A stretch of 64,000 nt of DNA from Gaiellales bacterium (GTDB lineage Bacteria; Actinomycetota; Thermoleophilia; Gaiellales; Gaiellaceae): contig JBBRZA010000002.1 in assembly GCA_038237145.1 (NCBI GenBank), positions 7,202 to 71,201 of the forward strand, in the 5' to 3' direction. The notes below the pieces were generated by a model. That model was not told the DNA's origin and searched no databases. It was given only the letters and a program-made list of their open reading frames with translations. This document shows, piece after piece, positions 9,226 through 17,495 of this stretch (the stretch's first letter is position 1; each line of letters opens with the position of its first letter). Both the position numbers and the translations under genes were made by a program.

Positions 9226-11053
9226 CGCCGGACTCTATTCGCCAGCGGGCGCGCCGAATCCCGAGCTCGTGGACGCCATGCGTGCGGCGCTCGTCCAGCG
9301 CGGGCCCGACGAGGGATCGACGGACGCCTTCGGCCACTGCGTGCTCGGTCACCAGCGACTGAAGGTCATCGACCTCGAGAGCGGCTACCAGCCGGTGTCG
9401 AACGAGGTGGGCGACGTCGTCGCTGTGTTCAACGGCGAGGCATACAACTTCATATCGCTTCGCGACGAACTGCGAGGCCACGAAGTGCGCGGCACTGGTG
9501 ACACTCCCATCCTGCCGCACCTTTACGAGGAAAGCGGCCCGCATTTCGTCGAGCGGCTGCACGGCATGTTCGCGTTGGCGCTCTGGGACGCCGGACGGGA
9601 GCGCCTCGTACTCGCACGTGACCGGCTCGGCAAGAAGCCGCTCCTCTGGACACGGCTGCCCGATGGCACGCTGGCGTTTGCGTCCGAGCTGAAGGCGCTG
9701 CTGCGGCTGCCGCAGGTCTCCCGGGAGATCGACCTCGACGCCCTCGACGCATATCTGGCGCTGCAGTACGTCCCGGGCGACGAGACGGCGCTGCGCGGCA
9801 TCCACAAGCTCGCGCCGGGCCACGTGCTCGTCGCAGAAGGCGGGACCGAGCGGATCGAGCGGTACTGGCAACCCGAGCCGGCCGAACCGAGCACGCACGA
9901 GGGCGAGTGGCTCGAACGCGTTCGTGTAACCGTGGGAGGGGCGGTGCGTAAGCGTCTCGTCGCGGACGTACCGCTCGGAGCGCTGCTCTCCGGCGGGATC
10001 GACTCCAGCATCGTCGTCGCGCTGATGGCGCAGGCATCGTCGCAACCGGTACGCACGTTCACTGTCGGGTTTCCGGACGCGCGCTATGACGAGCGAGCGT
10101 ACGCGCGTGCGGTCGCGTCACGGTACGGCACGGTGCACGAAGAGGTGGAGATCGAGGAAGACATCGCGTCGACGCTGCCGCGCCTTGCGGCAACCTTCGA
10201 CGAGCCTCTCGGCGACGAGGCTGCGTTCCCGACCTTCCTGATCGCCGAGCAGGCGCGCCGACATGTCACGGTGGCGCTCGCGGGTGACGGCGGAGACGAA
10301 GCATTCGCCGGCTACGAGCGCTACATCGCGCATCGCCTGGCCGAGCGCATCCCCGCTCGGCTGGCGCAAGGAGGCGCAGCGGCGTTGCGGCTCCTTCCGG
10401 CCGCCCGGCGGGAGCCGCGGTCCTCCCTCTTTCGCGCGACGCGCTTTCTCGACGTTGCGTCCGCACCCGCCGCTCAGCGGTACGCGCGTCTGATGGAGGT
10501 CTTTCCGGTCGAGTTGCGCCGCGAGCTGTGGTCCGATGCTCGGCTGGCGCAACAGGTACTCCTCACACCGTCGCGGCCCGGTGTTGCGGGCCTGCAACTT
10601 CTCGACATCGAGACGTACCTGCCCGGCGATCTGTTGCTGAAGGCGGACCTCGCGTCGATGGCCCACTCGCTGGAGCTGCGCTCGCCGTTCCTCGACCACG
10701 AGGTCGTGGCCCTCGGCCTCGCGCTGCCGGACTCGCTAAAGACGCACGGCCGGGAGGGGAAGGTCGGGCTGCGGCGTGCGTTTGCCGCTGATCTGCCGGC
10801 CGAGGTCGCCGGCCGGGGCAAAAGCGGCTTCGGCGTTCCGCTCGGACGCTGGTTCCGGTCCGACCTGCGCGAAGTGGCGCACGACCTCCTCAGCGGTGAC
10901 CGCGGCTGGTTCCGGCCGGACACCGTGCGACGTCTGCTCGACGAGCACGAGTCCGGGCACGCGGACCACGGTCACCGGCTCTGGTGCCTGTTGATGCTCG
11001 AGCTCTGGGTGCGCGAGCACGTGGAAGCGCCCGTCCTCGTCCCCGCCGCGTGA
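9215..11053 (+). CDS. asnB: asparagine synthase (glutamine-hydrolysing) family amidotransferase, glycan-locus paralog
   Basis: The N-terminal nucleophile motif must be Met-Cys-Gly-Ile-Ala-Gly. GTG 9215 gives (M)CGIAGLY, whereas the track start at 9206 gives MCPVCGIAG. SGGIDSS PP-loop. Length and C-terminal region are typical of AsnB. Confidence 0.9.
   Translation: MCGIAGLYSPAGAPNPELVDAMRAALVQRGPDEGSTDAFGHCVLGHQRLKVIDLESGYQPVSNEVGDVVAVFNGEAYNFISLRDELRGHEVRGTGDTPILPHLYEESGPHFVERLHGMFALALWDAGRERLVLARDRLGKKPLLWTRLPDGTLAFASELKALLRLPQVSREIDLDALDAYLALQYVPGDETALRGIHKLAPGHVLVAEGGTERIERYWQPEPAEPSTHEGEWLERVRVTVGGAVRKRLVADVPLGALLSGGIDSSIVVALMAQASSQPVRTFTVGFPDARYDERAYARAVASRYGTVHEEVEIEEDIASTLPRLAATFDEPLGDEAAFPTFLIAEQARRHVTVALAGDGGDEAFAGYERYIAHRLAERIPARLAQGGAAALRLLPAARREPRSSLFRATRFLDVASAPAAQRYARLMEVFPVELRRELWSDARLAQQVLLTPSRPGVAGLQLLDIETYLPGDLLLKADLASMAHSLELRSPFLDHEVVALGLALPDSLKTHGREGKVGLRRAFAADLPAEVAGRGKSGFGVPLGRWFRSDLREVAHDLLSGDRGWFRPDTVRRLLDEHESGHADHGHRLWCLLMLELWVREHVEAPVLVPAA
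9232..9237 (-). promoter_or_regulatory. -10-like hexamer TAGAGT, 6 nt upstream of ATG 9225, lying inside the first codons of the divergent asnB-like gene
   Basis: Minus strand reads TAGAGT CCGGCG ATG. Confidence 0.4.
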
Positions 11054-12282
11054 AGCGCGTCCACCTCTGGCTGATCGCCGTCGCGGCGATCGCCCCGCGC
11101 CTGGCCGTCCTTCTACACGAGCGCGGGCGCATCCTCACGGCCTTCACCGACAAGAGCGACGACTTCGCACAGACGTTCATCCACCACGGGACGTTCGGCT
11201 TCATCCTTGGTGAGCCGTCGGCGTACACCCAGCCGCTGTACGGGTTCTTCCTGATCCCGATCTACTGGATCCTCGGGCGCAACTGGTGGGCCGTTGGCGG
11301 AGCCCAGATCGCTGTGGCAACCGTGACTGCCGTCCTCGTCTATGCAATCGGGGCGCGCGTGATGTCACGGCGCGCGGGCACGATCGCCGCGATCCTCTCG
11401 ACCCTCAACCCGTACCTCGTCTGGCATGACGTGCATCTCAACCGGGAGGTGCTCGACCAGCTCGTTGCCGCAGCGCTGATCCTCTGCACGCTCGTCGCCG
11501 CCGATCGGCGCTCCGTCAAATGGGCGACCGCTGCGGGACTCTTCGGCGGGCTCGCCGTGCTCGGCAACGTGCGGCTCATCTTCATCCCGCTCGTCGTCGC
11601 CGCGTACCTCGTGATCCGCAACGGCTGGAGTTGGGCTCCCGCCGCGCTCGTCGTCGCGGCGGCGCTGACCATCACGCCTTGGGTGGTTCGCAACAAGGTG
11701 GAGGTCGGGTGCTTTGCGCTCACGACCGACGGCCGCGCACTCTGGAAGGCCAACAACGACCAGACGTACGACCTGCTGGCCCGGGGGAAGTGGATCGACG
11801 ACGTCAAGGACCCGCCGGGCCATCCGTTCCCCAACCCGGAAGAGGCGCGCGACATCTACAGACAGAGCGGCAAGAAGATCCACGTCGACGAATGTGCAAA
11901 CCAGGCCTACTACCAGCACAAGACCTGGAAGTTCGTCCGCGACCATCCCGGCGAGAAGGCGAAGCTCGCTGCGCAGGCGGTGCGCATGGAGTGGGACCCG
12001 CGCACCACCGCCTCCGCGACGGACTCGGGCCACGGAGCGATCCGCAGCCTGGCGCAGCCGCTCTACACCTCGATCCTGTACGCGCTCGCGCTACTCGGCA
12101 TCTTCGTGGGCGCGCGCCGGTTCGTCGGGCTCGCAGTCGCAGTGCTCGCCTACCAGACACTCGCCGCAATGGTGTTCGTAGGCGCGACTCGTTACCGCGT
12201 CACCACGGACTTTCTGATCGCGCTCCTGGCCGCAGGCGCGGTCGAGTGGACGCTCACACAGCGGCGGCGCAGGTTGCAGTGA
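11050..12282 (+). CDS. GT-C-like polytopic membrane protein (GT39/ArnT-like, PMT_2-type)
   Basis: GTG 11050 overlaps the asnB stop (GTGA). About 10 predicted TM helices with a periplasmic loop: FALTTDGRALWKANNDQTYDLLARGKWIDD. Confidence 0.65.
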   Translation: MKRVHLWLIAVAAIAPRLAVLLHERGRILTAFTDKSDDFAQTFIHHGTFGFILGEPSAYTQPLYGFFLIPIYWILGRNWWAVGGAQIAVATVTAVLVYAIGARVMSRRAGTIAAILSTLNPYLVWHDVHLNREVLDQLVAAALILCTLVAADRRSVKWATAAGLFGGLAVLGNVRLIFIPLVVAAYLVIRNGWSWAPAALVVAAALTITPWVVRNKVEVGCFALTTDGRALWKANNDQTYDLLARGKWIDDVKDPPGHPFPNPEEARDIYRQSGKKIHVDECANQAYYQHKTWKFVRDHPGEKAKLAAQAVRMEWDPRTTASATDSGHGAIRSLAQPLYTSILYALALLGIFVGARRFVGLAVAVLAYQTLAAMVFVGATRYRVTTDFLIALLAAGAVEWTLTQRRRRLQ

Positions 12283-12287
12283 AGGTC

Positions 12288-13349
12288 ATGCATATCCACC
12301 GGATCGGAGGGATCGGCGGCTCCGAACGCCACCTGCTGACGCTCTTGCCTGCGCTCGCAGAGCGTGGAGTCGACGTGCGCTTCCTCGGGCTCGACGACAC
12401 GTCGCGTGCGCCCGACCCGTTCTACGAGGCGCTGACGGTGCCGTTCGTCCGGGTTCGCGCGCCACGCGACATCGATCCCCGGCTGGCGCTGCGCGTTCGT
12501 CGAGAAGCGAGGAACGCGGACCTCGTGCACACGCACCTTGTGCATGCGGACGTCTACGGAGCGCTGGGAGCGCCGCAACTCGTTTCGACGAAGCACAACG
12601 ACGACCCGTTCCGTGCGGGAGCGTTCCGCTTCGTCGAGCGTGCGTTGGCGCGGCGCGCTTTCAGGGTGATCGCGATCACCGAGGCGTTGGCGCGGTTCCA
12701 GGTGGAACGTGTCGGCCTTCCGGCCGACAAACTGGAGGTGATCCACTACGGCCTCGACGAGCTGCCCCCTGCATGGGGATCGAATCCTCCGGATCACGTG
12801 CGGCCGGACGCTCGCGTGCTGCTCGCCGTGTGCCGGCTCGAGCGCCAGAAGGGCCTGGACATCGCGGTGCGGGCCTTGCCGGACATCCGCGCCCGCCACC
12901 CGAAGGCCGAGCTCGTCGTGCTCGGCGAGGGCGCGCAGCGATCGGAGCTCGAGCAGCTGGCGGGCGAGCTGGAGGTCCCGGTGCACCTGCTCGGGCGCGT
13001 CCCAGACGTCGCCGCGTGGCTGCGACGGGCGGACCTGCTCGTCCATCCGGCGCGCTGGGAGGGCTTCGGCCTCGCGCTGCTCGAGGCGATGCTGGCCTCG
13101 AAGCCCATCGTCGCGACGAACGTCAGCTCGATCCCAGAGATCGTGGCGAATGGCGAGACGGGACTGCTCGTCCCACCGGACGACGCAGCGGCCTTGGCGG
13201 CTGCAGTGATCCGTGTCCTGGAAGACCCCGGCAACTACGGCGAGCAAGGCCGCAGCCGTGCACAGACGCAGTTCAGTGTCGCCCGGATGACCGACCGCAC
13301 CCTCTCGCTCTACGAGACAGCACTCCGCGGGACAGGTCCCGGGGTCTGA
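12288..13349 (+). CDS. GT4 glycosyltransferase
   Basis: MHIHRIGGIGGSERH, HTHLVHADVYG, EGFGLALLEAM...ETGLLVPP (E-x7-E region). Alternative GTG 12279 overlaps the upstream stop. Confidence 0.85.
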   Translation: MHIHRIGGIGGSERHLLTLLPALAERGVDVRFLGLDDTSRAPDPFYEALTVPFVRVRAPRDIDPRLALRVRREARNADLVHTHLVHADVYGALGAPQLVSTKHNDDPFRAGAFRFVERALARRAFRVIAITEALARFQVERVGLPADKLEVIHYGLDELPPAWGSNPPDHVRPDARVLLAVCRLERQKGLDIAVRALPDIRARHPKAELVVLGEGAQRSELEQLAGELEVPVHLLGRVPDVAAWLRRADLLVHPARWEGFGLALLEAMLASKPIVATNVSSIPEIVANGETGLLVPPDDAAALAAAVIRVLEDPGNYGEQGRSRAQTQFSVARMTDRTLSLYETALRGTGPGV

Positions 13350-13472
13350 CCCCAAGACATGTCACTAAAGGAACACGTCCTCCGTTGGGTCAGGCCCCCC
13401 GCTCGGGACGTGACTGGTGTGACCGTGACCCGAAGAGCTGGGGTCAGAACCCCTGCCGTTCGGGACGTGACT
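13341..13472. repeat. intergenic repeat cluster: 3 copies of GGGGTC[T/A]G[A/G](A)CCCC about 50 bp apart, and 2 copies of CGGGACGTGACT
   Basis: The GGGGTC-type copies are at 13341-13353 (contains the GT4 stop TGA), 13387-13400 and 13440-13453. CGGGACGTGACT is at 13404-13415 and 13461-13472. CACGTCC (13374-13380) is inverted relative to GGACGTG (13406-13412). This is a locally AT-richer patch. Confidence 0.55.
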
Positions 13473-13473
13473 A

Positions 13474-13638
13474 ATGGAAATCGTCGCCGACGGCGAGACC
13501 GGACTGCTCGTCGCACCTGACGATCCAGGCCGCTACGGCGAGCTAGGCCGAGAACGCGCAGAGTCGGGGTTCAGCGTCGCGCGCATGGCCGATCGGACCC
13601 TGGCGCTCTACGAGCGCGCCGCCAGGGCGCCTTCGTAG
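13474..13638 (+). pseudogene. relic of a GT4 3' end (degenerate copy of the C-terminus of the 12288-13349 gene)
   Basis: The 54-codon ORF MEIVADGETGLLVAPDDPGRYGELGRERAESGFSVARMADRTLALYERAARAPS aligns to PEIVANGETGLLVPPDD[14-aa gap]PGNYGEQGRSRAQTQFSVARMTDRTLSLYETALRG of the upstream GT4 (about 13137-13325). No N-terminal GT domain is present. Confidence 0.6.
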
Positions 13639-14711
13639 AGCAGTTCCGTCCGGTCGGTGCAGCGCTCCTGCAGGAAGTGCTCGAGCGCGCGGCGGCGGCC
13701 GGCCTCGCCCATCTCCGCTGCACGCGACAGATCACCCGCGAGGTGCACGATCGCTTCCTCGAGCGGCTCTGCCTCTCCGGCAGGGACGAGTAGACCGGTG
13801 ACCCCGTCCTGGACGAGCTCGCCCAGACCACCGATCTCCGCCGCGATTACCGGTCGCGCGCGCTCCATCGCTTCGAGCGCGACCATGCCGAAGCCTTCGC
13901 CCATCGACGGAACGACGACGATCGCCGCCTCCTCGATCGCTTGCTGCACCGGCGCGACGTAGCCGAGGAATCGCACCGAGTCCCCGAGCTCGAGCTCTAT
14001 TGCCAGGGCACGTAGCGCCGGCTCCAACGGACCGTGCCCCGCGATGTGGAGTTGCAGATCGGGGATGCGCCTGCGAGCTGCGGCAAACGCACGCAGCAGC
14101 ACGATGTGACCTTTGATTGGAATCAAACGACCGACGCAAAGCAACACAGGCACACCACCGTCATAGGAACGGGGTGAACCGTTCGGCTCGATGCCGTAGT
14201 GCACGATCTCGAAGCTCGAACCGTCAAAGCCTTCGACCTCTTCGAGGTAGCGCGCAAGGCCGCGCGAGATTGCGATGTGCGTGTGGGCAAAGGTCGCGAT
14301 CGCACGGTCTCCGAGCGCAAAGCCGGGGTTCTCACGAAACTCGTTGAAGCCGTGCTTCGTCGACACACGAAGAGGCACCCCGGTCAACGCTCCGGCGAGC
14401 TGCCCGTAGACGTCCGCGTGCACGAGATGGGTGTGGAGAATCCTCGGTCGCCGGTGCGCGAGATACCCGGCGAGCCGCAGGAACGCGAACGGGTCGACGT
14501 CCGCCGCCAAAGAAATCGAGTCGAGAGGTACGCCGCGACTCCTCAGCTCGCGCGCAAAGTCCCAGGCGCCCGGCTCGTGCTCGTGCAGCATCAGGAAGCG
14601 GATGCCCCAGCCCCGCTCCTTCAGACGCGGCAGCAGTGAGAGCAGATGCGCCTCGGAGCCCGAGATCCCCGCCACCTTCTGCAGGTGCAGGACGGTTCGG
14701 TTCTGATTCAC
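13608..14711 (-). CDS. GT4 glycosyltransferase (paralog of 12288-13349)
   Basis: VLHLQKVAGISGSEAH, HTHLVHADVYG (shared with the paralog), EGFGMVALEAM...VTGLLVP. Confidence 0.85.
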   Translation of the reverse strand: MNQNRTVLHLQKVAGISGSEAHLLSLLPRLKERGWGIRFLMLHEHEPGAWDFARELRSRGVPLDSISLAADVDPFAFLRLAGYLAHRRPRILHTHLVHADVYGQLAGALTGVPLRVSTKHGFNEFRENPGFALGDRAIATFAHTHIAISRGLARYLEEVEGFDGSSFEIVHYGIEPNGSPRSYDGGVPVLLCVGRLIPIKGHIVLLRAFAAARRRIPDLQLHIAGHGPLEPALRALAIELELGDSVRFLGYVAPVQQAIEEAAIVVVPSMGEGFGMVALEAMERARPVIAAEIGGLGELVQDGVTGLLVPAGEAEPLEEAIVHLAGDLSRAAEMGEAGRRRALEHFLQERCTDRTELLYEGALAARS

Positions 14712-15703
14712 CGCGCCGCCGCCAGGATTCCGTCGGCCCAGGTGTCCACCGAATGTCGTTGCGCAACCCGTTCGCGCAACGTCCGACCGATCTCCGCCCG
14801 TTCGCGCTCGTCGAGCCCGGCGAACCAGCGCAAGCGCTCGGCGAGACTGTCGGGGGAGTCACGCTCGAAGAGCAGCGGATAGCCGTCGAACAACTCGTCG
14901 AACACGGGATTGGACGCCAGTACCGGGAGACAGGCCGCGGCGGCCTCGTAGACCACCTTGTCGGGCGCTCCCGCCTCCATGTTGTTGACGAGAACGTCAG
15001 ACCGCGCGAACAGCTCGGGAACCTGCGACCGCGGCACCGCGTCTCCGAGCGGAATGCCGAGCCGCTCGAGGTCGGTGCGATGTCGACGCTCGAGCTCGTT
15101 CAACGCGACGCCGTGCAGCTGGAGATCCGTGCCGTCGACCTGCTGCACGGCGTGAAGGATCGTCTCGATCCCCTTGGCCGGGGAATAGCGCCCGAGCACG
15201 AGTGCGCGCACGCCGCTGCGACCGGTGCGATCCGTGCAGGCGAACTCGTTCACGTCGATACCGTGCCCGATCGGCCGGACTTTGGGCGACGCCAGTGGAA
15301 ACGAGCGTCGGTCGACGCTGACGATCGCCGTTGCAAGCCTCTCTGCCATACGGAGCGTTGAGGACGCCTTCCAGTGCGTGTACCAGAGCAGGAGCGGCGT
15401 GCGCCTCGGGCGCACCAGAGGGGCGGCGAGCACGACGTAGGCCGGAATCATGTGCGCCACGACGGCATCAGCCGGCAGAGCGCGTGCGAGCTCGCGCTCG
15501 AACCGCCAGACACGCTGCGCACGAGAGGGCGCTCCGAACGACCGCACCTCGACGTTTGCGGGCAACCCGTCACCGTCGCCCGACTGTGTGACGACGACCA
15601 CCTCGTCGACGCGCTCGGCGAGCGCACGGATCTTCGGAATCGTCGCTGCGAGCACAGGATGTGCCGGATCGACGCTCTGCGTGAGGAAAACGAGCCGCCG
15701 CAT
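14708..15703 (-). CDS. GT1-fold (GT4-like) glycosyltransferase
   Basis: Start re-set to ATG 15703 (MRRLVFLTQSVDPAHP). The track's N-terminal extension is Arg/Ser-rich shadow. C-terminal half has GRYSPAKG...APDKVVYEAAAACLPVLAS. Confidence 0.7.
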   Translation of the reverse strand: MRRLVFLTQSVDPAHPVLAATIPKIRALAERVDEVVVVTQSGDGDGLPANVEVRSFGAPSRAQRVWRFERELARALPADAVVAHMIPAYVVLAAPLVRPRRTPLLLWYTHWKASSTLRMAERLATAIVSVDRRSFPLASPKVRPIGHGIDVNEFACTDRTGRSGVRALVLGRYSPAKGIETILHAVQQVDGTDLQLHGVALNELERRHRTDLERLGIPLGDAVPRSQVPELFARSDVLVNNMEAGAPDKVVYEAAAACLPVLASNPVFDELFDGYPLLFERDSPDSLAERLRWFAGLDERERAEIGRTLRERVAQRHSVDTWADGILAAAR

Positions 15704-15710
15704 CGGGCCT

Positions 15711-16601
15711 TTAGAAGAAGTCCGTGTCGCCGAGCGTGAACCGCCACGCTCGGCGATCGGTCTGCAGCTCGCCTGCGAGCGCCTTCCCCATGAAATGGAG
15801 CGTCGTCCGCGTTGGGAAGAAGCCCAGCGAGGCGTACGCCGCACGGTGCTCGGGCGCGGGGATGGCGAGCAATGCGCGGGAGCCACGCTGCACTTCTGCG
15901 AGGCACGCACGCAGCAGGGGTTTCGGCGCCGCCCCCACCAGGTCGGCAACGTAAGCGAGGGCCGTCCCTCTGTGCTCCTTGTGACCGACGACTGCATAGC
16001 TCCCGCCTGCCGCGACAGCCACGTAATCGCGAGGCGACGAGAGGTAGCGCCAGTTCAAGTACTCGGCGTCGCGCACCACATGGTTCGGCCAAGATTTCGC
16101 CGCGTCCCCGGCATGGCGGAACCGTGGGAGTCGCGCGTGCGGCTCGAGCCGTCGCGGCCGGCGCGGGAACGGCCGGGCCCAGACACGGATTCGCGCGATC
16201 TCCGTCCAGCCGAGCGGGCCGAGGAAAATGGGCGTGGTCGGCTTGGAGGCGAACGCAAGCGCGACCGCAACACCCCTGTCCTCAGCCTCCTGCTCGTGCT
16301 TCCTCTCCAGGGCAGGAAAGATCCCGAGTCCGCGCGCGGACGTGTCCGTGGTCGCATGGACCGAGAAGCTCACCTCGCGCTCCGTGCCTCCGAGCACCAT
16401 GCGTAAGAGGGAGTGCGAGGCAACTCCTGCCACCTGCCCACCGACACGCGCGACGGACATGAGCGAGCCAACGGGGTTCTCCCGGAACCACCAGTCGAAC
16501 TCGGGCCCGGACAGTGCCAGGTCGCCCCAGGCATCGTGCAGCAGCCGCAGGTAATCCTCCCGCTGCTCCGGCTCGTAGGAGGCGAGCTCGTACCCTGACA
16601 T
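15711..16601 (-). CDS. GNAT-family N-acetyltransferase
   Basis: 296 aa. GNAT motif A-like ...HATTDTSARGLGIFPALERK... The start ATG directly abuts the stop of the upstream deacetylase gene. Confidence 0.65.
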   Translation of the reverse strand: MSGYELASYEPEQREDYLRLLHDAWGDLALSGPEFDWWFRENPVGSLMSVARVGGQVAGVASHSLLRMVLGGTEREVSFSVHATTDTSARGLGIFPALERKHEQEAEDRGVAVALAFASKPTTPIFLGPLGWTEIARIRVWARPFPRRPRRLEPHARLPRFRHAGDAAKSWPNHVVRDAEYLNWRYLSSPRDYVAVAAGGSYAVVGHKEHRGTALAYVADLVGAAPKPLLRACLAEVQRGSRALLAIPAPEHRAAYASLGFFPTRTTLHFMGKALAGELQTDRRAWRFTLGDTDFF

Positions 16602-17489
16602 TTACTTGCTGGACGTGCCCAGCGCCGCATTGAAGATGCGGCGAGCGTGCGTCCCGGTGACTGTGTCCTTCAGCGAGATCAGGTCGCATGCTCCCGCCAG
16701 CACGAGCTCGAACGTGCGCGGGGAGTAGGGCTCGATGTTGTAGCGGCGCAGCTGCAGCGGATCCGTCGCCTGTGAGTTGGAGCCCGAGACCGCCGTGAAA
16801 GCCACGTCGTAGCCGGCCTGGCGGACGAGCGAGAGATGGACGGGCTTGTAGTGCGCCTCCGAGCCTTTGACGTACGAGAAAGCGCGCACCGGCCGGCCGA
16901 GGCGCTCCTCCAGCCGTAGCTTGGAGAGAGCGATCTCGCGCGCCGCCTCATCGACCTCGAGATCCGCAAGCGGACGATGTGAGATGCCGTGTGACTCGAT
17001 GCGGATCCCTTCGTGCTCCAGGTCGGCGAGCTCGGCCCACTCGATCGTTCGATTGAGGATCCCTTGCGCTGCAAGATGCTCCTCGTGCGGCAGCGGATAG
17101 CGGTCGTCGAGGTAGCCGATGGGAACGAACAGCACGGCCGGGTAGCCGTACTTGCGCAATACGCCGGCTGCGTTGTCGAGGTTGTCGTAATAGCCGTCGT
17201 CGAAGGTGATCAGGACCGCCCGTTCCGGCAGTGACTTCCCTTCGACGTAATGATCGAGCACGGCGTCGAGTCCCACCACCGTGTAGTCGAGGTCGCGCAG
17301 CTGATCCATCTGCTCGTCGAAGATCGACACAGGCATCGTCAACGGATTGCCGGGCAGATTGTTCACCTTGTGGTACATGAGCACGCGCAGGCTTCGCTCG
17401 CCGTTGCTGGCGCCGATCGCGGACGCCGTCTCGCCGATCGTCCGGTAGACGGAGTTCTTCAGCACCTGCTTGAAGCGGTCTGCACGCAA
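16602..17489 (-). CDS. polysaccharide deacetylase (CE4 / NodB homology domain)
   Basis: VLMYHKV, LITFDDGYYDN (TFDD metal/catalytic motif), ESHGISHRPL (HxxH-type motif), SYVKGS. Confidence 0.85.
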   Translation of the reverse strand: MRADRFKQVLKNSVYRTIGETASAIGASNGERSLRVLMYHKVNNLPGNPLTMPVSIFDEQMDQLRDLDYTVVGLDAVLDHYVEGKSLPERAVLITFDDGYYDNLDNAAGVLRKYGYPAVLFVPIGYLDDRYPLPHEEHLAAQGILNRTIEWAELADLEHEGIRIESHGISHRPLADLEVDEAAREIALSKLRLEERLGRPVRAFSYVKGSEAHYKPVHLSLVRQAGYDVAFTAVSGSNSQATDPLQLRRYNIEPYSPRTFELVLAGACDLISLKDTVTGTHARRIFNAALGTSSK

Positions 17490-17495
17490 GGCGAC

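Noticed and set aside
8954-10045. 363-aa antisense ORF across the asnB-like gene
   Set aside because: Shadow composition. The plus-strand frame has unmistakable AsnB motifs.
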